From a virus (Duplodnaviria; Caudoviricetes): a stretch of 36,643 nucleotides of DNA. Shown here one piece after another: positions 24,996 to 33,288 of this stretch (positions within the stretch are counted from its first letter, which is position 1; every line of letters starts with the position of its first letter). Made by a program: the position numbers and the translations under genes. The stretch covers positions 1 to 36,643 of the IMG/VR virus record IMGVR_UViG_3300011337_000672. One strand, written 5' to 3'. A model generated the notes under the pieces. It saw only the letters and a list, made by a program, of their open reading frames with translations, did not search any database and had not been told where the DNA came from.

Positions 24996-26383
24996 GCAAT
25001 TTAATATCTAATATTAAATCTCATAAATCGGAGGTTTTTAGAAAAGCCTATATAAAACGTCGTGATGCAGTAACGGGACAGTTTGAAACTAATTGGTATG
25101 AGATTACGTCTAACGTAAAAAAATGGGGACGAATATCTCAAAAAGTTGATGATATTAGATTAAATAAATTTACTTTTGCAAATATAAAACTTGTTGTTGA
25201 TAACGAAGAAGGTTTATTTAACCCTCATAATGATGAGGCAAGTCTATGGAATGGTTATCTAAACCAACAAAGAACACTTATAAAAATAGAAGCTGGGTTT
25301 ATAGAATTAATTGATTCTACTTTTGGAACAAAACGTAGAGTTTTATTTCCGTCAACAGCAACTTGGGATGAAAGTCTTTGGGATGAGGAAACATGGGATA
25401 GTGGTGTATCAATGTTTATTGGGGTTATATCTGGAGATATACCTTTGAGCGATTCTAATGAAGTTACATTTAATATTAAACCTCTTAATTCTATTTTCCA
25501 GGATTATCCAGCAAGAAATCTTGTTGGTTGGACAACAACAGGATTTACAGCTTCTCAATTTGTACAGATGGTAATGAATCAAACTGATGGATCATCTAAT
25601 TATATTTTCTTACCATTCTTTGGAAATACTACGACAAATTATAATATAGAAACAACAACAGTAAATTATTCTGATCTTAATACTATAACAGCATCAGGAG
25701 TTTATGATAAAAACGTATGGGAGATAATTGAAAAGTTAGCAGAATCAGAAAGCTTTGCTCCATTCGTAGATAGACAAGGTGTTTTTAATTTTGTTTCTAG
25801 AACTCCTAATACAGATATATCTTTTGAATTTCACGGAGCTGGAAGTTTTAACAGTAATTATGGTCAGACAATAAAAAAAGTAAATAGTTATGGATCAAAA
25901 ATTTCAAAATTCTATTCTAGGGTTGAAATAAAATTTAATAATGCTGATACTGTTACTAGTTATGTGTGGCAAGAAGGTACTTTTTCAGTAAGTCCAGGAT
26001 CATCATCTTGGGTATTAGGATCAAGAACACTTAAGATTGAAAACTTTTTTATTCCAGATACTACAACAGCACAGAATATTGCATCAACATTATTTACTGA
26101 ATACTCAACACTTAGAAATGAAATTGAATTCACTACGTCATTTATACCACATTTAAATTTACTTGATAGAGTATCTGTTTATTATGATCCATCAGAAGTA
26201 TTAATTAATAATTTATGGGATCAAAATAATTGGGCATCTGATTCAACTAGTACTAGTACAGATTTAATATTTGATGCTTCAAGAGGTGATGCAATAAAAT
26301 TAAATGGTGATGAGTTTAAATTTTTATCAATTGAAGTCGATCTAGATAATTTAGAATGTAAATATCTAGCAAGGAGTATTTAA
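24992..26383 (+). CDS. Putative tail tip/hub protein
   Basis: Position; WEIIEKLAE...FVDRQGVFNF; PHLNLLDRV; WDxxxWD repeats. Confidence 0.65.
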   Translation: MSNLISNIKSHKSEVFRKAYIKRRDAVTGQFETNWYEITSNVKKWGRISQKVDDIRLNKFTFANIKLVVDNEEGLFNPHNDEASLWNGYLNQQRTLIKIEAGFIELIDSTFGTKRRVLFPSTATWDESLWDEETWDSGVSMFIGVISGDIPLSDSNEVTFNIKPLNSIFQDYPARNLVGWTTTGFTASQFVQMVMNQTDGSSNYIFLPFFGNTTTNYNIETTTVNYSDLNTITASGVYDKNVWEIIEKLAESESFAPFVDRQGVFNFVSRTPNTDISFEFHGAGSFNSNYGQTIKKVNSYGSKISKFYSRVEIKFNNADTVTSYVWQEGTFSVSPGSSSWVLGSRTLKIENFFIPDTTTAQNIASTLFTEYSTLRNEIEFTTSFIPHLNLLDRVSVYYDPSEVLINNLWDQNNWASDSTSTSTDLIFDASRGDAIKLNGDEFKFLSIEVDLDNLECKYLARSI

Positions 26384-27606
26384 TGGCATTAACAAGTTTT
26401 GTTTCTAGTACAACTATAAAGTCTGCAGAGATGAATGCTAACTTCGATTTTATGATGGATGGAAGTAATTTAATTCATAACTTATCGCTAAGTACTTCTG
26501 TTTCTGGTAATGCTTTGACAATATCAATAAAAGATAAGGCTGGGAGTGACCCATCATCAACGTCTCCAGTTAAAATTGGAATGAGATCAAGTACATTAAC
26601 AGATGGTAAGTTTAATATAAGATCTATTACTTCTGCATTAAGTACTACAATTAGTTCTGGATCAACTGCAGGACAAACATCAAATAAACCATGGATAATT
26701 TGGATTTATTTAATTGATAATGCCGGAACTCTTGAGCTTGCATGGTCTGGTTCTTTATATAATGAAAATCAACTTATATCTACAACTGCAGAAGGTGGAG
26801 CTGGAGCCGCTGATTCTATTTCTACAATGTATTCAACAACTGCTAGATCTAGCGTTCCATTTAGATTGATTGGAAAATTATTAAATACTCAGACTACTGC
26901 TGGAACATGGGCAAGTGCTGGGACACAATTACAAGTTGGGAGCTATGGAAGTTTATCAGTAAGTCAAAATCCAACTGTTCAAACATTTACTTCTGGTTCT
27001 GGTACTTACTACACTCCTGCAGGAGTGAGAAGAATTAATATTAGAATTGTTGGTGGAGGAGGAGGAGGTGGTGGGTCTGCTACAGGTGGTGTTCCATCTG
27101 CTGGTGGTTCTGGTGGAAACTCAACTTTTGGAACTTCTCTACTTACTGCAAATGGTGGAAGTGGTGGAACTCATGGTACCGGTGGCGGTGGAGGCCAGTT
27201 TGGTGCAGGTGGATCTTATACTTTAAATTCTCCAGCAATAGGTTTTGGATTTCCAGGTGGTGCAGGTGGAAGTGGTAGTAATCAGGCAACAACACTTGCA
27301 GCAGGTGGAAATGGTGGAAATAGTATTTTCGGAGGTGGAGGTGCTGGTGGTACTGCTACTGTTTTAACTCCTAGTGCTGGAACGACTAATTCAGGGGGAG
27401 GTGGTGGTGGTGCAGGGTCAGCTTCAGGTGCTTCTTCCGGTGGTGGAGGTGGAGCTGGAGGAGGTATTATTGCAACAATAGTTAATCCTGATTCTTCTTA
27501 TTCTTATGCTGTTGGTTCTGCTGGTTCTGCTGGAGCTGGAGGAGCTGGAACAGGTGGAGCAGGTGGTGCCGTTGGAGTAATTATTGTCGAAGAATTTTAT
27601 CAATAG
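26383..27606 (+). CDS. Tail fibre with C-terminal Gly-rich domain
   Basis: SAEMNANF anchor motif; C-terminal domain similar to 14164-14994. Confidence 0.75.
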   Translation: MALTSFVSSTTIKSAEMNANFDFMMDGSNLIHNLSLSTSVSGNALTISIKDKAGSDPSSTSPVKIGMRSSTLTDGKFNIRSITSALSTTISSGSTAGQTSNKPWIIWIYLIDNAGTLELAWSGSLYNENQLISTTAEGGAGAADSISTMYSTTARSSVPFRLIGKLLNTQTTAGTWASAGTQLQVGSYGSLSVSQNPTVQTFTSGSGTYYTPAGVRRINIRIVGGGGGGGGSATGGVPSAGGSGGNSTFGTSLLTANGGSGGTHGTGGGGGQFGAGGSYTLNSPAIGFGFPGGAGGSGSNQATTLAAGGNGGNSIFGGGGAGGTATVLTPSAGTTNSGGGGGGAGSASGASSGGGGGAGGGIIATIVNPDSSYSYAVGSAGSAGAGGAGTGGAGGAVGVIIVEEFYQ

Positions 27607-27614
27607 GAGTTTTT

Positions 27615-28574
27615 ATGCCATCAAGTGCAACAATAACAGCTTTTTATAATTTTACTGCAAATACTAAAGCTAGGGCAACTCAAGTAAATAATAATTTCGA
27701 TGTTCTTCGAGGTCATATTATTCCGATTGATCCTAATACATCAACAGCAGCAACAACTGTGACATATGATTTAGGATCTACTGAATATAGATGGAGAACT
27801 GGATATTTTAGAGAAGTTGATTTTAAAAGTAATACTAGTACTGGACAAGCATTACAAATTGTTGGTGATACGGCAACAGGACAAGGTGCTTTTCTAATTA
27901 AGCATGCAGGAAATACTAGAGCTAGAATTGGTGGTGGTAATCAATATGTAGATTTAGATACCACTACTAGTCAGTTTGATTTCAAAGCAAATGGCACAAC
28001 ATTAACTTCTTTTAACTCTAATAAATGGTCTAGTAATATTCCAACAAGTACTGGTCAATGGGATTATTTATTAAATGGCTCAACCTTCTCATCCGTAAAA
28101 TTAGGTGGTTTTGAAAGAGGTATAATTAAACCTACTACATTTTGGACAACATCAATACCAACAACTGGAACTTGGTCAATTAGTACAGCAGGATCTAGTA
28201 ATGCATTTCTAGTTGGTACATTATCAGTTACTTCTAACGGTCATTCATTTAAACTTGGAATGAATTTTAATACGTTACAAACAACTGGCTCAATATATAT
28301 TTTATTTAATAATACAACAACTGGAGTCGGTGGAGTTTTATTTGATTTTTATAAAGATGGAACTGATCTTTCAAATAGAATAGCTAGAGTTCAAACATTT
28401 TGTTCTGCTAAAGATACAACAACATCAAATGGAATGCGAATTCATCCTAAAGATTGGTGTATTGATTCATCTTGTTCGTCTGGAGGACACACATATTATT
28501 GTTATGTTGTATCTTCAGGTGGTAATTTATTTTTTCAACAAGGTTGTCAATTTCAAGCTATCGAATTAGTATAA
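27615..28574 (+). CDS. Second tail fibre / receptor-binding protein candidate
   Basis: ATQVNNNF anchor motif, YDLGSTEYRW; internal TSTGQ/TATGQ/TTTSQ repeats. Confidence 0.7.
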   Translation: MPSSATITAFYNFTANTKARATQVNNNFDVLRGHIIPIDPNTSTAATTVTYDLGSTEYRWRTGYFREVDFKSNTSTGQALQIVGDTATGQGAFLIKHAGNTRARIGGGNQYVDLDTTTSQFDFKANGTTLTSFNSNKWSSNIPTSTGQWDYLLNGSTFSSVKLGGFERGIIKPTTFWTTSIPTTGTWSISTAGSSNAFLVGTLSVTSNGHSFKLGMNFNTLQTTGSIYILFNNTTTGVGGVLFDFYKDGTDLSNRIARVQTFCSAKDTTTSNGMRIHPKDWCIDSSCSSGGHTYYCYVVSSGGNLFFQQGCQFQAIELV

Positions 28575-28595
28575 AATTAGTTAACAATATTATAG

Positions 28596-29564
28596 GTGAT
28601 TATTTTGAGTATAATTAAAAAATTTAATAATTTTATATATAGAAGTAAATACACTAACGCTCATATTATAAGTCAAAATAAACCAATTGATTTAGCATTA
28701 GAACTTACATCAACATGTAATCAAAGATGTGGTTATTGCTACCATGCAGACCAAGAAAATCTCCCATTCTCAAAAGGATTCATGGATACTGATTTGGCAT
28801 ATATGATTATTGATCAAGGAGCAGATTTAGGAGTTCATTCAATTAAATTTAATTTGAGGGGAGAAAGTACACTTCATAAAGAATTTAAATCAATTACTGA
28901 ATATGCAAAGAATTATGCAAAAGGACTAACTTATATTGATAGAATAACAAATTCTAATTTTAAGTTTAATAATACTAGGGAAGATATATTCGAAGGACTT
29001 TGTAATCAAACAAAAGTTAAAATTAGTTTTGATTCTTTTATTCCAGAAGTAATGCATAAACAAAGAGCAGGATCTATTCATTCACTTGCAATGTGTAATA
29101 TTGATTATTTCTATAATCATCCTAAAAGGAAAAATACTGAAATAGTTATTCAAGCTGTTAGAACTTCTTTAAATAAAGATGAGGATATTGAAGGACAAGT
29201 TAAAAAAAGATGGAGTGAGGCAAAAGTTTCTATAAGAGATATGGTAACTGGAAGAGTTGACAAAGACTTATCAGAACTAGAAAATAGGAAAAGAGACATA
29301 AATAATAGACAAACATGCATTCAAGCTCATGCCAGACTTATAGTACATCATGATGGTAAGGTCGTTGCTTGTTGTCCTGACATAAGTGGGAAATTACAAT
29401 TAGGTGATGCTACGAAAGAAACTCTTTACGATATTTGGAATTCGAAAAAAGCAAAAGAGCTTAGAGAAAGTCTCAAGAACAAGACGGCATTCTCTAAAGA
29501 GCCTTGCAAGTCTTGCAGCTCATTTGAGTCCTACAAAGGATTTAAACAAAACTGGGAGTCATAA
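28596..29564 (+). CDS. Radical SAM protein with SPASM/twitch domain
   Basis: CNQRCGYC (CxxxCxxC); CIQ...DGKVVACCPD...LYDIWNS...PCKSC. Confidence 0.92.
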   Translation: MIILSIIKKFNNFIYRSKYTNAHIISQNKPIDLALELTSTCNQRCGYCYHADQENLPFSKGFMDTDLAYMIIDQGADLGVHSIKFNLRGESTLHKEFKSITEYAKNYAKGLTYIDRITNSNFKFNNTREDIFEGLCNQTKVKISFDSFIPEVMHKQRAGSIHSLAMCNIDYFYNHPKRKNTEIVIQAVRTSLNKDEDIEGQVKKRWSEAKVSIRDMVTGRVDKDLSELENRKRDINNRQTCIQAHARLIVHHDGKVVACCPDISGKLQLGDATKETLYDIWNSKKAKELRESLKNKTAFSKEPCKSCSSFESYKGFKQNWES

Positions 29565-29565
29565 T

Positions 29566-30894
29566 TTGAAAATAGGAATAGTGATTAATTCTAGACTAAA
29601 GTCGAGTCGTATTCCTAATAAAGCTATAAAATCAATCAATGGTGTTAGAGTAATAGAGCATTTAATTAATCGTATTAAGGATCTCGGATTTAATATTATT
29701 ATAGCAGTCCCTCTTCAAGAATTAATGACATATAACTATTTATCAAGAATAGAAAATGTTTCAGTTTATGGAAGTATTTATGACGATGATCCTCTTGCTA
29801 GAATGAATGAAGTAGCAGAACATTATGGATTAGATTATGTTGTTAGAATAACACATGATAAAATATTTATTGATACTGAAATTTTAAATGATTGTCTTAA
29901 TTATTATGTAATAAATTCAAATATAAAAAAAGATTATATATTTTTAACAAATGCAATACCAGGGACAGGTTTTGAAATAATATCAAAAGACGCATTAAAA
30001 AAAGCATCTGATAGATTTAAAAATATTGAGTATATTGGATATGCAATAAGAGAAGTGACATCAAATATAATTTCTATAGATGCTAAAAATAATATATCTC
30101 AAAGCTTAAGACTTTTAATTGATTATCCTAATGATATAAATTTAATGGAAGTTATTTTTTCTCAGCTTGGAAATAATTGTACTTTAAGAAATATAAAAGA
30201 ATTTATTTTAAATAATCCTGATATTATGAATATAAATAAACTTCCAAAAATAACAATATACACTTGTGCTTTAAATGCTGAAAAATGGATTGAGAGAGCC
30301 ATTGAATCAGTAATTATTCAAAAAGGAATTGATATAGAATATATTTTAATTGATGATTTTTCTAATGATAAAACACCTATGATAATGGCCGAATATGCAA
30401 GTAAATATCCATTTATTAAGTTTATAAGAAACGAAAAAAACATAGGTCTATCTTCTTCATGTAATGTTGCTTTATCAGAAGCAAAGGGCGAATTTATATT
30501 TAGATTAGATGCTGATGATTATTTGATATCTAGCGAATCAATTTCTAAAATATATGAATATTCAATAATCAATAAATATGAAATTACTTACCCTGATTAT
30601 TATAAAGTATTTAGAGGAGTTATATCTTTTAAAATATCAGGAGAATTAGAACATCATGCTGGTTGTGCTTTATTTAATAGATCAGCTCTTAATTATATTA
30701 AATTCACAGATGGATTAAGGGGCCATGATTCTCTAGATGTTTTTATAAGAGCAAAAGAAATATTAAAAATAGGTTATTTTAGAGAGCCTTTATTTTGCTA
30801 TGTTCAAAGAGAAGATAGTCTTTCTCATACTAATTTAGAGGAAAGAAATAGAATTAAAAATAATCTTATAGAAAATTCCAAGGTGAATTCATGA
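29566..30894 (+). CDS. SpsF-like cytidylyltransferase fused to a GT2 glycosyltransferase
   Basis: SRLKSSRIPNK, DDPLARM, VVRITHD, LRLLIDYPND; then ILIDDFSND, NIGLSSSCN, RLDADD; TTG start behind GGGAG. Confidence 0.85.
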   Translation: MKIGIVINSRLKSSRIPNKAIKSINGVRVIEHLINRIKDLGFNIIIAVPLQELMTYNYLSRIENVSVYGSIYDDDPLARMNEVAEHYGLDYVVRITHDKIFIDTEILNDCLNYYVINSNIKKDYIFLTNAIPGTGFEIISKDALKKASDRFKNIEYIGYAIREVTSNIISIDAKNNISQSLRLLIDYPNDINLMEVIFSQLGNNCTLRNIKEFILNNPDIMNINKLPKITIYTCALNAEKWIERAIESVIIQKGIDIEYILIDDFSNDKTPMIMAEYASKYPFIKFIRNEKNIGLSSSCNVALSEAKGEFIFRLDADDYLISSESISKIYEYSIINKYEITYPDYYKVFRGVISFKISGELEHHAGCALFNRSALNYIKFTDGLRGHDSLDVFIRAKEILKIGYFREPLFCYVQREDSLSHTNLEERNRIKNNLIENSKVNS

Positions 30895-31259
30895 GAAAAT
30901 TTGAATCAATTGATTTAATGAAACTCTATAGTATGGGTTCAAATAATGGTTGGAATAAATTTCTAAATCAATGTTTTGAAACAAGAAATATAAACGCACT
31001 TGCTAAAATGCGATACTCTGTTCAAGCTGGAATGGATGACTTAGCTAAGAAGAAGTTAAACACAGATGACATAAATGTTTGGTTTTGTAGAATTATAAGA
31101 TCTCTTGAAATTACAGCAAAAAGAATAATTAAGGTCAATCTACCATTACCTCAAGACAATCCACTTATTGCAAATAATAAAGAATGGATGGATCAAAAAA
31201 TCATTAAGAAAAAAAGAGATGAAGAGCTTGCAAAGTTCATGAGATCGAGTTCCTATTAA
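30891..31259 (+). CDS. Hypothetical protein
   Basis: ATGA coupling to the upstream gene. Confidence 0.65.
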   Translation: MRKFESIDLMKLYSMGSNNGWNKFLNQCFETRNINALAKMRYSVQAGMDDLAKKKLNTDDINVWFCRIIRSLEITAKRIIKVNLPLPQDNPLIANNKEWMDQKIIKKKRDEELAKFMRSSSY

Positions 31260-31285
31260 TCTAGAATTAGATTAATGGGGATTAA

Positions 31286-31972
31286 ATGCTTATTGCAAAT
31301 ATAGGTCTACAACACTTCGGAAGTCTAGAGAAAGCAAAAGAACTAATCAGAGTATCTAATGACTCTGGAGCTGATTTAATTAAGGGTATAGCATTTCATC
31401 CCCTCTATACAGGTCCAATGGATATTGAGTTCTATGAAATGACTCATTTTGTTTTTGATGAATATATTGAATTAATAGATTATGCAAAATCAATAGGCAA
31501 TGACTTATTCTTTGATATCTATGGAAATCAAAATGAATCTTTAAATATCTATCAATCATGGGCATCAATACACTCAGAGAATATAGATAGATATAAAACA
31601 TCGGAAATAGACAAAGATAATGTTCTAGTTTTCATCGATAATAGTATTTTCCCACCAGCTCTTTTTAACGCAAATATTATCTATACAATGGATTCATTAT
31701 CAGAAAACGCCAACTTAGAAAGAATAAATATTTTAAAGAAAGTCTATAATAGGAATATTGGATATAAAGATAAAACTATCGGGATTAAAAATTGCATTAT
31801 TGCAAATGATGAGTATCATTGCCTTATAATAGAAAAAAACATTACATTAGAAAAAGGCATATTGTTCAAAGGTAAGATAATTGAAGAGAATGTTTATTCT
31901 TGTTTACCTAATCAATTTGAAGATCTTGCAAATAATCTAATGCTATTTAAAGAAGACATTGTTCTACACTAA
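31286..31972 (+). CDS. Degenerate NeuB/N-acetylneuraminate-synthase-family protein
   Basis: LIANIGLQHFGSLEKAKELI...GADLIK, IGYKDK, IIEKNITL, SCLPNQF follow NeuB motif order with key residues replaced. Confidence 0.75.
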   Translation: MLIANIGLQHFGSLEKAKELIRVSNDSGADLIKGIAFHPLYTGPMDIEFYEMTHFVFDEYIELIDYAKSIGNDLFFDIYGNQNESLNIYQSWASIHSENIDRYKTSEIDKDNVLVFIDNSIFPPALFNANIIYTMDSLSENANLERINILKKVYNRNIGYKDKTIGIKNCIIANDEYHCLIIEKNITLEKGILFKGKIIEENVYSCLPNQFEDLANNLMLFKEDIVLH

Positions 31973-31983
31973 AGGGGTATAGA

Positions 31984-32517
31984 TTGAATATTAATAATCT
32001 TATTAAGTATATATTAAAAAATTATGAATATAATAAAAATAATGGAAAACTTTATTACAAAATTAAAATAGCAAAAAGAGTTAAGTTAGGAACTGAAGCT
32101 GGGTATAATCATCATAGTGGGTATAGAGATATTAAAATAAAAGATAAAATATATAGATTACATAGAATTATATGGTTATTGGAAAATGGACATTTTCCTG
32201 TAAATCAAATAGACCATATAAACGGAATTAAAAATGATAATAGAATTATAAATTTAAGGGATGTTAATAATAGATTTAATTGTAGTAATAAAAAAAATAA
32301 TAAAAAAATAATTGGTGTATATAAAAATAAAAATAATGGATGGTATTCTAAAATAAGATTTAAAAAATATCAGATCCATTTAGGAACATATAAAACAGAA
32401 AAAAATGCATCAAATCAATATTTAAAAGCACGTAAAATAATTATAGATGGAGACAATAAATGTCAGAGTTTAGTTTTAAAAGAACTTTTGGACCTTGTCC
32501 AAAGTATGAAAATGTAA
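31984..32517 (+). CDS. HNH homing endonuclease with AP2-like domain
   Basis: YRLHRIIW...IDHINGIKNDNRIINLR; GVY...W.SKI...IHLGTY. Confidence 0.9.
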   Translation: MNINNLIKYILKNYEYNKNNGKLYYKIKIAKRVKLGTEAGYNHHSGYRDIKIKDKIYRLHRIIWLLENGHFPVNQIDHINGIKNDNRIINLRDVNNRFNCSNKKNNKKIIGVYKNKNNGWYSKIRFKKYQIHLGTYKTEKNASNQYLKARKIIIDGDNKCQSLVLKELLDLVQSMKM

Positions 32518-33278
32518 TTAATTATAAAAGAAATAATGATGAATTTATTTATATTTGTGGACCATGTTCTATAGAATCAATTGAGCATGCCTATAAAATG
32601 GCAAAAACAGTTAGGGAGAGTGGTGCTACACATTTTCGAGGTGGAGTTTTTAGAGCAGGCACATATCCTAATTCTAATAAATTTGGTTATATTGATAATG
32701 AAATAATTAGAAATTTTCATATAGCTTCTAAAGAAAATGGTTTGAAAAATATAATTGAAGTTTTGGACTATTCAAAAGATCAAATGGATTTAATTTCTAA
32801 TTATTGTGATGCTTTTCAAGTTGGTGCTAGATCAATGCAAAACTATACATTATTAAGAAAATTAGGAGAATATAAAAAACCTGTATTTATAAAAAGATCT
32901 GCTGGCTCAAACATTGATGAATTCTTAGGTGCTGCTGAACATTTATTAATTAGTGGAGTAAAAGATCTTTTTCTCATTGAGAGAGGTGGATCAAGTATAC
33001 ATAATCATGTAAGATGGGATCTTTCTATAAGCATAATTCCTGCTATAAAATCAATAACACAAATACCAATAATAGTAGATGCATCACATGGTACTGGAAG
33101 AAGAGATCTTGTTACACCTATGACACTTGCTGGTGTAGCTGCTGGTGCAAATGGTGTACTGATTGAAGTTCATGAAAATCCTGAAATGAGTTTATCTGAT
33201 CCTGATCAAGCAATAAATATAAATGAATTTAAAAATTTAATGAATAAAATTAATAAAGTAAAAGAAGCTATAAAATAA
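32460..33278 (+). CDS. Type I-beta DAH7P synthase/KDO8P synthase family protein with an altered substrate motif
   Basis: GPCSIES, QVGARSMQN, IKRS, IERG, VDASHGTG, IEVHENP...LSDPDQ; RGGVFRAGTYP replaces RGGAFKPRTSP. Confidence 0.88.
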   Translation: MSEFSFKRTFGPCPKYENVINYKRNNDEFIYICGPCSIESIEHAYKMAKTVRESGATHFRGGVFRAGTYPNSNKFGYIDNEIIRNFHIASKENGLKNIIEVLDYSKDQMDLISNYCDAFQVGARSMQNYTLLRKLGEYKKPVFIKRSAGSNIDEFLGAAEHLLISGVKDLFLIERGGSSIHNHVRWDLSISIIPAIKSITQIPIIVDASHGTGRRDLVTPMTLAGVAAGANGVLIEVHENPEMSLSDPDQAININEFKNLMNKINKVKEAIK

Positions 33279-33288
33279 GGAGGATAAT

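Noticed and set aside
26383-28574. Diversity-generating retroelement or invertible fibre switch
   Set aside because: No reverse transcriptase, invertase, template/variable repeat pair or flanking inverted repeats seen
29404-29565. Long N-terminal extension of the cytidylyltransferase in the ORF track
   Set aside because: Overlaps the radical SAM gene; the family N-terminus and an SD fit TTG 29566
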